The notes under the pieces: model-generated | What the model was told of the DNA's origin: nothing | Seen by the model: the letters and a program-made list of their open reading frames with translations, nothing else | The model's database searches: none | Position numbers and translations under genes: made by a program | Part shown: piece by piece, positions 18,701-23,330 of the stretch | Numbering within the stretch: the stretch's first letter is position 1 | Layout: each line of letters opens with the position of its first letter | Assembly (NCBI RefSeq): GCF_000354175.2 | Contig: NC_022359.1 | Coordinates: forward strand, 1,110,001-1,142,000 | Direction: 5' to 3' | Source: Vibrio alginolyticus NBRC 15630 = ATCC 17749 | GTDB taxonomy: Bacteria; Pseudomonadota; Gammaproteobacteria; Enterobacterales; Vibrionaceae | Length of the DNA: 32,000 nucleotides

Positions 18701-21700
18701 CGAGGGAGAAATTACTGATGAAGCTGTGTTTGATCAGTCTATCTTGAATAACTCTGGCGATAATATAGATGTGAGAACCTTCACTGACGATGTCACATTT
18801 GAAGTTACGCCAGTCGTTGATGACATTACCATTACAGGTGCCGATCCGACGCAGCCAATCACGGTGATTGGTGACGAAGATACTTTAATTTCGCTGAATC
18901 AATCGGGCTCTGGTGTTTCGATCAGCCTGAACGATAATGACGGTTCTGAGAGTTTCGTTTCACTCAAGTTAACGGGGCTTCCTGATGACTTTATCGTTAA
19001 ATCCAATTCCTCTGATTATGTTGTTAAGAATAACGGTGGGGGCGAATGGAGTATTCAACTAAAAGATCTCACTCAGACGTCCATTGACCTGAGTGACATC
19101 CAAATTAAACCGCCAAAACACTTTAGTGGCGAGGCTGAGATAGGTATTACGGTCTTCATTCAAGAGGAGTTGCTACAAGTACCAACGGAACGAAACAATA
19201 ACTTTACGCTTATTGTCAATCCTATTGGTGATGATGTTGATGTGAACCCCGACACTTCGGCTGCAGGTAATGAGGGCGAAGACATTGTTATTAATGTAAA
19301 TGCGTTAGTGGTTGATAACAAAGAGTCCATCGGAGATGGTGCAAACTACCAGGAAAATGATCCAGAGACGCTGAGAGTTGAGGTCTCAAATGTCCCTGAT
19401 GGGGCGAGCGTTTCATTACCTGATGGGACAGTATTTACTGACCAAGGCGGCGGCATTTTTGTCTTAGAAATCAATGCTCAAGATTTGGATCAAGTGGTGT
19501 TTAATTCAGGGGATCGCAATGATAACTCATGGGATGGTTCGCTGCATTTCAAAGTGCAAGCCGTTGATACTGGGCTCGATGGCAGTCAAAGCTTGGGCTC
19601 CGCAGAGGAGTTTGATGTCACTGTTGATGTTGAAGCAGTGAACGATCGTCCAGAGTTCGTCAATACCGTGGATGTGGAAACACCAGAAGATACGCCAATG
19701 CTGCTTGATGGTTTCAGCATTACCGATATTGATGCCGTACTCGATGATCCGAATGCTGAATATGTACTCAATGTGAACGTCGACAGCGGTATCTTGGAGC
19801 TTAATCCAACGCTCATCGCTACTTACAACCTAACCGTGAGCGGTGATGGTACGGACTCCGTTGAACTGAAAGGTACAGTGGCCGATCTAAACAATGCCAT
19901 TGCAGACGGTCTGATTGAGTTTAATCCAGAGCTGAACTTCTTTGGTGACGTTCAGGTGGACGTGACAGTCGATGACCAAGGTAATGAAGGTATCGTAATT
20001 GGTGGGGTAGATGACACCCTAAATACCAACAGCAGCAGCTTCAATATTGAAGTAACAGCGGTGAATGATACCCCAGAAACTACGCCAGTGACGCTACCGG
20101 ATATTGAAGAAGACAGTGGTGTGTTCTCCATCTCTGAAGCGGATCTTATTGCGAATGCGACAGACGTAGAGAACGATAATCTCACGGTTAGCAATGTTCA
20201 GTTAACGGATCCGAATTCGGGCAGCATTACTTTCAACAGTGGCACGGGAGAGTGGGAATTTACCCCAGCACCAGATTACAACGGTCCAGTTGAAATCACG
20301 TACACCATTACAGATGATGGCACGACAAATGGTGCATCCGATCCTAAATCGGTTAACGGCAGCGCATCGTTCAACGTAACGGAAGTCAATGATGCTCCAA
20401 CGACGTCTGAAGTGACACTTTCTGATATCGCAGAAGACAGTACGGCGGTTGATATTACCCAAGCTGATTTGTTGGCGAATGCGTCTGATATTGAAAACGA
20501 CACCTTGATGGTGAGCAATGTCCAGTTGGTTGATCCAAGCAGCGGCACATTGGATTTCGACAACGTAACAGGTACATGGTCATTTACTCCTGCGCCTGGC
20601 TACAACGGCAAGGTCGATCTGACCTACGACATTACCGACAACGGTACAACGAACGGTGTTTCAGATCCTCAAACGGTGTCAGGAACGGCGACCTTCGAAG
20701 TCACTGAGGTGAACGATGCACCGGTAACATCAGAGGTAACGTTGAGTAGTACCGAAGAAGATGGTGGTTCGGTAACTATTACGGCTACTGAGTTGCTGAG
20801 CAACGCAAGTGATCCTGAGTCAGACAACTTGACCGTCGATAATGTTGCGTTAGTGGACCCAACTTCCGGCACGTTGACTCAAGTGAGTGCGACAGAGTGG
20901 ACGTTTGAACCCGCAGCAGATTTCTTTGGTGACGTTGATTTCACTTATGAAATCACAGATGACGGAACCACTAACGGCGCTCCAGACCCAATTACAATCG
21001 CGGGCACAGCAGTGTTGAATGTTGAAGCGACCAATGACGCACCTGAAATCACTGCAACGTCGGTAACGGATACGATCAACGAAGCCGATGGCCAGAAAAT
21101 AACGGGTATTAGTGTAAGTGACATCGACTTCACTGGTGCACAGGCGAATGAAATCATGACCGTGACTCTTACAGTTACCGAGGGCGACCTTCGTGTCGAG
21201 CCGCCAACAGGTAGTGGTGTGACTGTTGGGGCGGGGATGGCTGGTGAAATAACCCTAATGGGCACACCAGATAATATTAACTCCGTTCTTGGAGCAACAG
21301 ACGCTTCTGAGGGTGTATTTGTGGATGCAGGAGATGTCAACGCAGCTTCAATCACTTTATCGGTGAAAGTCGAAGACAACGGTGTGTACTTCGAAAATGC
21401 ATCGGGTTCCGCATTGGAGGCGAATCAAGACTTCACTATCAATGTGACACCTGTAGCTGATGCACCTACATTGAATATCAATCCTCAGTTTAATTACATT
21501 CGTCAAATTACGGCTAGCCAAACCGCGAGCAGTCAAGGTTTAGCGATTGTCGGAATCATGGCGGCGCTTACTGATATTGACGAGGTGCTGTCTTTGGAGC
21601 TAACGGGCGTACCAGCTAGTGCTGAGGTAACAAGTGGCGTTTCTCCATCAGGCATTAGCTTCGATGGTACCACTTGGACAGTACCAAGCGATGAAATTGA

Positions 21701-22343
21701 TACGCTAGAAATTGTCGCAACAGATACTAACAGTGGTATTGATGTCGGTTCTTACGATATTTCGCTTACGGCGATATCAACGGAATCTAATGGCGATGAA
21801 GCGCAGTCTTCACCTGTCCAAATTAGTTTGGATGTGAGTAGTGATAGCGACGATATTGACCAGTCAACCGCAGTGGACGACAGCTATTTAGTCGGCGGAG
21901 ACACAGGTACCAACTTGATTGGTGGAGACGGTGACGACGTTATTCTGGGTGGTGATGGTGATGACGTGCTTATCGGTGGCTTAGGCTCAGATATCTTAAC
22001 GGGTGGAGACGGCAGCGATATCTTCAAGTGGACGGTAGATTCCGTTGATGAAGGGGCAGTGGATACCATTACTGACTTCACTGTTAACGAAGACAGTATC
22101 GATTTACGTGAAGTTATCTCTGATCTCAATAACTCAATGATCGACATGGATGATCTGCTTGGTCACATTTCGGCAGACTACGATGCATCGACGGAAAGTG
22201 TTTCTCTGAACATTACGACGGATGCAAATGTTCAACAGACTATTGTCGTGGAAAACTTAGGTACTTCAATCGACTTCAACGGTCTCAGCTCCAACGAAAT
22301 TTTAGAGTCATTGCTCAACAACGGTGTTATTGATAACGGATAA
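6297..22343 (+). CDS. Giant (5,348 aa) type I-secreted RTX adhesin of the LapA/FrhA/BpfA class
   Basis: This is a single uninterrupted ORF with GGAGG 4 nt upstream of the ATG. It contains a LapA-like N-terminal retention module, 15 tandem units of the 143-aa class, and many V.PVAD/VNDAP-delimited Ig- or cadherin-like domains. It ends with GGxGxD nonapeptides and a D.I.DF…D.IDL type I secretion C-terminal domain (VC_A0849/FrhA subclass). The composition is very acidic and rich in D, T, S, V and G, and a strong terminator follows. Confidence 0.95.
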   Translation: MSTHTVPQSAIVNAVKGEVLVLGLDGNVKVIKAGDELRPGEIIITENNASLDVQINNELYLVDANCVACLPVPSSEPLEPVLVQSPVNGLVTFDPTAIGSADFDANDIAAIQQAILDGADPTAILEATAAGAGAEGSANAGYVTVEYNNPEVLASTFFETSATRSGEDDRDEDDGLNVTIFADGGQSLQSSVTEGSISLSSYPQTISSSVLVEAGDLALDTASFVPETSSLESLLTELNSDITSGGQPVAFVYDEAQNAIIGTQEGNEVLRIEIEATSLGRDLELEVVTTISQGIDHVASVADGQVSIVGDQINITFDITGADIGGNSIQAPIDFTTTVIDGDDPAPQNVTFENVESSSTPITGTFVDIGSDQLATVTFNQEGLSQFDGLLSDNQATEAVLSEDGSTITLSIAGSNETVLTISLNTDGTYQFEQFKPLEQTNGEDTIELSLPTTIVDFDQDTASNTFTMTILDGDNPVIENVTGLSLDEAGVDQGSQEGAAVTSGTGSITTAVGSDIIDHYELEPTEFNVGGELQSQGQVVQLELASESNGVRTYEGFIELDGVRITVFDVAIDAPALGEYQFNLYEQLDHTGANDDSLTFSLPVYAVDADGDRSSITEGSNTPEAAQIVIQVQDDVPTIDGVDALAVDEDDLSSIGSDQSDSVLAQGNFTTTQGSDRVVSYQLESGTDPLNGLESQGRSISLTETTNSDGSFTYSATAEGDAIFTLQVNPDGSYSFTLEGPIDHAVGSDSLTLDFTIVATDFDGDTSSLVLPVTITDDVPTINDVVALTVDEDDLSSVGSDQSQSTLVEGQFTTTQGSDGVVQYQLDVNADPLNGLQSQGQTVSIAETQNANGSYTYSATANGSAVFTLILNTDGSYSFELQGPIDHAANTDSLTLDFSVIATDFDGDTSQIVLPVTIVDDKPTITDVDAITVDEDDLGTIGSDQTDPISIDGNFTTTQGSDRVVSYQLDASSTPVDGLTSQGVAVTLTETANADGSFTYEATAGSEAVFTLTVNTDGSYNFTLEGPIDHAVDSDELTLNFPIIATDFDGDTTNATIPVTIVDDKPVITDVDAITVDEDDLASIGSDQSNPISIDGNFTTTQGSDRVVSYQLDDTSTPVDGLTSQGVAVTLTETANGDGSFTYEATAGGNPVFTLIVNTDGSYNFTLEGPIDHAVDSDELTLNFPIIATDFDGDTVTETIPVTIVDDEPTITAVDALSVDEDDLSGVGSDPGGDLFVEGAFTTTQGSDRVVSYQLDSTADPVAGLTSQGEAITLVETANGDGSFTYVATADGNPVFTLNVATDGTYDFTLQGPIDHAANSDSLTIDFPIIAIDFDGDTTSATIPVTITDDAPIIDNVVPLTVDEDDLSGIGSDQTDAVFVEGAFTTTQGSDRVVSYQLDSTSDPVAGLTSQGEPVTLVETANADGSFTYVATADGNPVFTMNVNADGTYNFRLEGPVDHALNSDELVLNFPIIATDFDGDTTTATIPVTITDDVPTIDNVVPLTVDEDDLASIGSDQNDDAFMSGSFTTTEGSDSVVKYQLDATADPVSGLTSHGEPVVLAETANGDGSFTYTATADGNAVFELIVKPDGSYNFTLQGPLDHAVNSDSLQIDFPIIATDFDGDTSSETLPVTIVDDKPTITDVDAIRVDEDDLATIGSDGSDPISIDGNFTTTQGSDGVVSYQLDAAATPVDGLTSQGVAVTLTETANGDGSYTYEATAGTEAVFTLTVNTDGSYNFTLQGPIDHAVDSDELTLNFPIIATDFDGDTTTETIPVTIVDDKPTITDVDAITVDEDDLSTIGSDQTDPISIDGNFTTTQGSDRVVSYQLDASATPVAGLTSQGVAVTLAETANGDGSFTYQATAGTESVFTLTVHTDGSYNFTLEGPIDHAVDSDELTLNFPIIATDFDGDTSAETIPVKIVDDKPTLGGIEATSVQTVDEDDIPTIGSDGTQSNSIAGNFIATDGSDGIVEYSVSDLTTPVQGLTSGGQSLVMVEVSNAGGVSVYEARIDGTTTPVFRVTLDASDDSYTFDLLARLDHPNADGQNELIINLPINATDFDGDVSNNITLPITVVDDVPTIDGLLAGSEQTVDEDDLPAGTDAASAEDTVISGTFDITEGADQVASIQLSDLTTPVASLTSDGDAITLVLSSSANGVNVYQGVAGNPAEVVFELTLDATNNTYEFDLQKPLDHPDGNQQNEIVINLPVTATDNDGDTSPAFTLPITVVDDVPVVTNIESLRVDEDDLPLGSDGTKEPLTVSGEFEVTSADGIDAFELDLSSNPIPNLKSGGEEVTLSQDVGASTADALVYVGQTPGGVTVFTLTLHQDGKYDFELSGQLDHAVNSDEILLNLPVKITDGDNDTITATLPVTIVDDKPTIDAISSGSTLSVDEDDIPSQGSDDTPESNIIGGNFDVTDGADSIVSFQLDSLTSPVSGLTSGGQPLELVEFSNSNGVIEYRAYVQGTTDTVFKLTLNGSADSYEFELLGALDHPAGNDENSLVINFPVNATDFDGDVSNNITLPITVVDDVPAIVKVTDSSQQTVDEDDLSGGSDTTSSDSTVLNGGFEVVAGADKIVSYQVSDLDAVVSGLTSNGSSIELNLVSTNGGVTSYEAVITGTSTKIFTLSLDANNDSYQFELLGPIDHDAVQGENNLVIDIPITVTDFDGDTSSSLNLPITVVDDIPEIKSADALAVDEDDLANGSQATNKDSLEATGNFDTVEGADTVVSYQLDLTSNPIPGVTSGGFAVTLVQTAVSNNNFTYQGQTPDGNSVFTLVLNADGSYKFTLEGALDHSTQGEDTLILDLPVFATDVDGDTAGINLPVTITDDVPTLHDASISRVEGQGSRTVRLFRDPVEGDDDLGADGAQVTSFSADDSGIYFKQNGVDSDSVDLNGSDQVVFVHKVLDGVDTEIGRLVVRTDGSVSFRPNDDLDHTETDSIDFTINVVATDGDGDIADADVDISIRDRNAQIDTSTVTAFEDQGRDGVVVGVDSANTQDNLSTLDVSPAKVDLVINLHDIDRNESLGDITIRDADTHNGTFYYRDGSGNYIELTSVGNTVVLDASNVEQSFNGELVSLDNLYFVPDRHTSTDASGIDPRIRVEILNNGTPDHTINGRLDIEVAAVADIATWTASSEFNYSVDEDGNNVALNIAAETQDTSNPEGIVYELVFTQGEGNAELVYSDGSAIPKSGGVYLVDASRIDEVQVDPIDNFSGEIRIDVTAITTENNNPLLGKDTARSETETIIIDVNPVADKGSFTVNRINVFEDNARTQNTVDPVTDHDPLQLSEVITMKPSADLDGSEALFVRISNFSIDGVTLVWLDSANPSQIVEVTDSGGNVLYYEVPESELANVEVLPPLHSNDDFTFNVEGIVKDTASLSTGTTEDVLSLGSKTVIVGVKGVADIPDTVLIDAGNVWNRFVDGDVAGIETTIEENGVVNLNFSVVSGEVADRPQDDSEAITVILSNIPDGVRVVDSDGSSVDLTFVGYDGNGQPIYEANITGLNFNSGIQIIPEASSTENIAITGTIIVTENDGHSRVIEREVRIKVEPVIDAQDNYVVRSEGDEDTRFDIDWKPTLVQSPDTDEFFSDVTISGFPPGSTVYVDGVAQALVSGTLTLSPQAGESEQDFSAKISQSGYVQVQLEQDSSTDFDLTTTVTVKEIDHEYVDASNPGEGIAEKTINGTVNVQVNPIVEPEDKTGAIDDQTRLLVTESGGGATDIVKSDDQGNIDFTINTSMGGESGAHIIKYQEFDASSDEVVTQLVVQFHNVDPEILNQLVIVGALNEGGGRWTVTNEDNFSIKAPSGLDLTPNDDSDDGDNGGLSQIGLTIYAEVNDLGEDLGNEKDATVVRQTDVTLEFPTVLTPKMSVAAEIQVADDVQIQALEDNSINLGAQLTSKVDAINADGVEDVLTIIVDPSAPGIPPDLVITGTDVDFVNGKYVFQAHIDASGNITGLDGLTMHLAEDYAGDFELPIRFVTKDTESGDEKENNVQFPVQVLPVADVPSSAGDQPLDSDVTPNVKVDIVGTFGLDANKQPVTDLNNDVPTADGVGYEDGLIQLNLSVDFADQFNNTQGGRETLTNIKLELDDTTLGEFVDANGNSLGTSIEFNEAEILAGALDNVLFKPKENYPVGGGQNTVKINIEGEITDEAVFDQSILNNSGDNIDVRTFTDDVTFEVTPVVDDITITGADPTQPITVIGDEDTLISLNQSGSGVSISLNDNDGSESFVSLKLTGLPDDFIVKSNSSDYVVKNNGGGEWSIQLKDLTQTSIDLSDIQIKPPKHFSGEAEIGITVFIQEELLQVPTERNNNFTLIVNPIGDDVDVNPDTSAAGNEGEDIVINVNALVVDNKESIGDGANYQENDPETLRVEVSNVPDGASVSLPDGTVFTDQGGGIFVLEINAQDLDQVVFNSGDRNDNSWDGSLHFKVQAVDTGLDGSQSLGSAEEFDVTVDVEAVNDRPEFVNTVDVETPEDTPMLLDGFSITDIDAVLDDPNAEYVLNVNVDSGILELNPTLIATYNLTVSGDGTDSVELKGTVADLNNAIADGLIEFNPELNFFGDVQVDVTVDDQGNEGIVIGGVDDTLNTNSSSFNIEVTAVNDTPETTPVTLPDIEEDSGVFSISEADLIANATDVENDNLTVSNVQLTDPNSGSITFNSGTGEWEFTPAPDYNGPVEITYTITDDGTTNGASDPKSVNGSASFNVTEVNDAPTTSEVTLSDIAEDSTAVDITQADLLANASDIENDTLMVSNVQLVDPSSGTLDFDNVTGTWSFTPAPGYNGKVDLTYDITDNGTTNGVSDPQTVSGTATFEVTEVNDAPVTSEVTLSSTEEDGGSVTITATELLSNASDPESDNLTVDNVALVDPTSGTLTQVSATEWTFEPAADFFGDVDFTYEITDDGTTNGAPDPITIAGTAVLNVEATNDAPEITATSVTDTINEADGQKITGISVSDIDFTGAQANEIMTVTLTVTEGDLRVEPPTGSGVTVGAGMAGEITLMGTPDNINSVLGATDASEGVFVDAGDVNAASITLSVKVEDNGVYFENASGSALEANQDFTINVTPVADAPTLNINPQFNYIRQITASQTASSQGLAIVGIMAALTDIDEVLSLELTGVPASAEVTSGVSPSGISFDGTTWTVPSDEIDTLEIVATDTNSGIDVGSYDISLTAISTESNGDEAQSSPVQISLDVSSDSDDIDQSTAVDDSYLVGGDTGTNLIGGDGDDVILGGDGDDVLIGGLGSDILTGGDGSDIFKWTVDSVDEGAVDTITDFTVNEDSIDLREVISDLNNSMIDMDDLLGHISADYDASTESVSLNITTDANVQQTIVVENLGTSIDFNGLSSNEILESLLNNGVIDNG
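6678..6689 (+). other. TAAG motif (aa 128-131), a candidate LapG di-alanine cleavage site
   Basis: The codons aca gct gct ggc lie in the same sequence context as the P. fluorescens LapA TAAG site, which LapG cleaves. Confidence 0.6.
8199..12059 (+). repeat. Nine in-frame tandem repeats of exactly 429 bp (143 aa): T1SS-143-type repeat domains, units 1-9
   Basis: Unit starts (the DD[VKEA]P codons) fall at 8199, 8628, 9057, 9486, 9915, 10344, 10773, 11202 and 11631, each 429 bp apart. The consensus is DDxPTIxDVDAxxVDEDDLxxIGSDQ…TTTQGSDRVVSYQLD…GLTSQG…DGSFTY.ATA…VFTL.VNTDGSYNFTLEGPIDHA…ATDFDGDT…PVTIV. Confidence 0.9.
12060..14765 (+). repeat. Six longer (435-459 bp) 143-class repeat units, 10-15, organised as two copies of a three-unit super-repeat
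   Basis: Unit starts fall at 12060, 12516, 12975, 13410, 13869 and 14328, and the array ends at 14765. Unit 10 resembles unit 13; both end …NATDFDGDVSNNITLPITVV. Unit 11 resembles unit 14. Unit 12 resembles unit 15 (DLSSNPIPNLKSGG vs DLTSNPIPGVTSGG; GQTPGGVTVFTLTL vs GQTPDGNSVFTLVL). Confidence 0.85.
20061..21032 (+). repeat. Three tandem 324-bp (108-aa) bacterial cadherin-like (VNDxP-type) domains
   Basis: Unit starts are at 20061 (VNDTPETTPVTLPDIEEDSG), 20385 (VNDAPTTSEVTLSDIAEDS) and 20709 (VNDAPVTSEVTLSSTEEDGG). Each continues …LLANASD.E.D.L.V.NV.L.DP.SG…W.FTPAP.YNG.V…Y.ITDDGTTNG. More divergent units flank them, starting at about 19639 and 21033. Confidence 0.85.
21891..22025 (+). repeat. 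RTX Ca2+-binding nonapeptide block (GGxGxDxUx)
   Basis: VGGDTGTNL-IGGDGDDVI-LGGDGDDVL-IGGLGSDIL-TGGDGSDIF gives four canonical repeats plus one degenerate repeat. Confidence 0.9.
22026..22340 (+). other. C-terminal type I secretion target domain (FrhA/VC_A0849-like subclass)
   Basis: KWTVDSVDEGAVDTITDFTVNEDSIDLREVISDL… sits immediately after the RTX repeats. This uncleaved C-terminal signal is typical of T1SS adhesins. Confidence 0.75.
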
Positions 22344-22360
22344 ACCTGTATACAACACAA

Positions 22361-22395
22361 AAATGGGCGGCTCTGATAAGCCGCCCATTTTTTTC
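22361..22395. terminator. Bidirectional rho-independent terminator after the adhesin gene
   Basis: The stem AAATGGGCGGC (22361-22371) pairs with GCCGCCCATTT (22380-22390), followed by TTTTTTT. The reverse strand also reads stem plus TTTTTGTG. Confidence 0.8.
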
Positions 22396-22527
22396 GGGAA
22401 AGCTTGATTTTAAACAGGAGATATTTGAATCGAAATAGAAATAAAGAGCGAAGCAAAGGGGTTATCTTGTTACGACGTTATAGTGATAGTTGGAAATTAA
22501 AATAGCGATAATTTGACGTTAAATCGC

Positions 22528-22830
22528 CTAAACGTGGATGTCTAGCAAGCTGCCAATGATTTCATTGTTTTTCTCTATGACAGACGCGCCAACTCGGTTA
22601 TAACCAGCGGCTTGTGCGAGGTTGATGAGAGATTCAACTTTTTGAGAGGGAAGGCTAGGTGTTGAGGCTGTTATTGCGATATCCGCAACCGCAGCTAAAT
22701 CGATGTTGTGATCAGAAAGCTCTTCTTTTACCTTACTTACATTATTGCTAATGCCATGTGCAGCTTTCTCGGCCATTTGTTGTGACATCTGAACGATGTG
22801 GTGTCCAGATTGAATTCCCGATACAGGCAT
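22528..22830 (-). CDS. Hypothetical 100-aa protein (soluble, no TM segment). The C-terminal …GASVIEKNNEIIGSLLDIHV is faintly reminiscent of YjfB-type motility-associated small proteins
   Basis: The RBS is good (GGGAG 7 nt upstream of the ATG at 22830). It is the only long ORF in this interval, and codon usage looks like that of its neighbours. No family was confidently recognised. Confidence 0.55.
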   Translation of the reverse strand: MPVSGIQSGHHIVQMSQQMAEKAAHGISNNVSKVKEELSDHNIDLAAVADIAITASTPSLPSQKVESLINLAQAAGYNRVGASVIEKNNEIIGSLLDIHV

Positions 22831-22910
22831 ATCACTACTCCCAACATTATGATAGTGAGAGCATAGGTGGAGTTTATAAAACGTTCAAGTGTTTTATATC
22901 AATGACTTGA

Positions 22911-23141
22911 TTAGGCAAACAGTTTGGCAAGCATTTCTCTTTCTTCACCAGATAGAACCGGTTTTTGCGCTTTATTTAGTTTCACGCTGATCTCACCTTG
23001 TAATGACTTTAACTGACTTGCCGTTAAATCACTGAGCTTTTGCTTAAGTTCATTAAATTGTTGTGCGTTCATCTCAATACCTTCGTCATGATTCGGTTTA
23101 TCCGTCGTTGCCCGAAATTCTTCATCCTTTGGATACAACAT
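22911..23141 (-). CDS. Hypothetical small protein, 76 aa, or 53 aa if translation starts at the internal ATG at 23072
   Basis: It contains a predicted helical, coiled-coil-like segment, MNAQQFNELKQKLSDLTASQLKSLQGEI…. The internal ATG at 23072 has a GAAGG RBS, whereas the ATG at 23141 has none. No family was recognised. Confidence 0.45.
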   Translation of the reverse strand: MLYPKDEEFRATTDKPNHDEGIEMNAQQFNELKQKLSDLTASQLKSLQGEISVKLNKAQKPVLSGEEREMLAKLFA

Positions 23142-23269
23142 ATTTATTCAACCAAAATAGATTAGAATTTGATCGATTGCTTTTTGTCCGAATATTGTCA
23201 AGGTGTGTTAAGTGATACGTCAGATTTTTCCTAAGAAGGTACATAATTACCCACTTTGGGGTAGATGGA

Positions 23270-23307
23270 AACGTAAAAAGAAAAAGGGAAGCGATATAGC
23301 GCTTCCC
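23270..23307 (-). terminator. Rho-independent terminator of the yccS-like gene
   Basis: The stem GGGAAGCG (23286-23293) pairs with CGCTTCCC (23300-23307). On the minus strand it is followed by TTTTTCTTTTT, 24 nt after the stop codon. Confidence 0.75.
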
Positions 23308-23330
23308 TCTTACATATGGTTTGAATGTTA

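Noticed and set aside
7149-21379. About 35 ORFs of 60-144 aa on the minus strand or in alternative frames inside the giant adhesin gene. Many recur with about 429-bp spacing (for example 9386, 9815, 10154, 10673, 11072, 11441 and 11960) and have Ser/Thr/Val-rich products such as …SSSSTVIASTSVM….
   Set aside because: They are the antisense or off-frame reading of a GAT/GAC/ACN/GTN-rich repetitive coding sequence. Their periodicity simply mirrors the sense-strand repeat. They have no RBSs and low-complexity products, and all lie fully inside a far better-supported 16-kb ORF.
5185-23330. Genomic island or mobile element carrying the adhesin.
   Set aside because: I could see no integrase, transposase, tRNA attachment site, flanking direct repeats or IS termini. 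Only the AT-rich leader and the break in E. coli-like synteny hint at acquisition, and that is not enough to call a mobile element.
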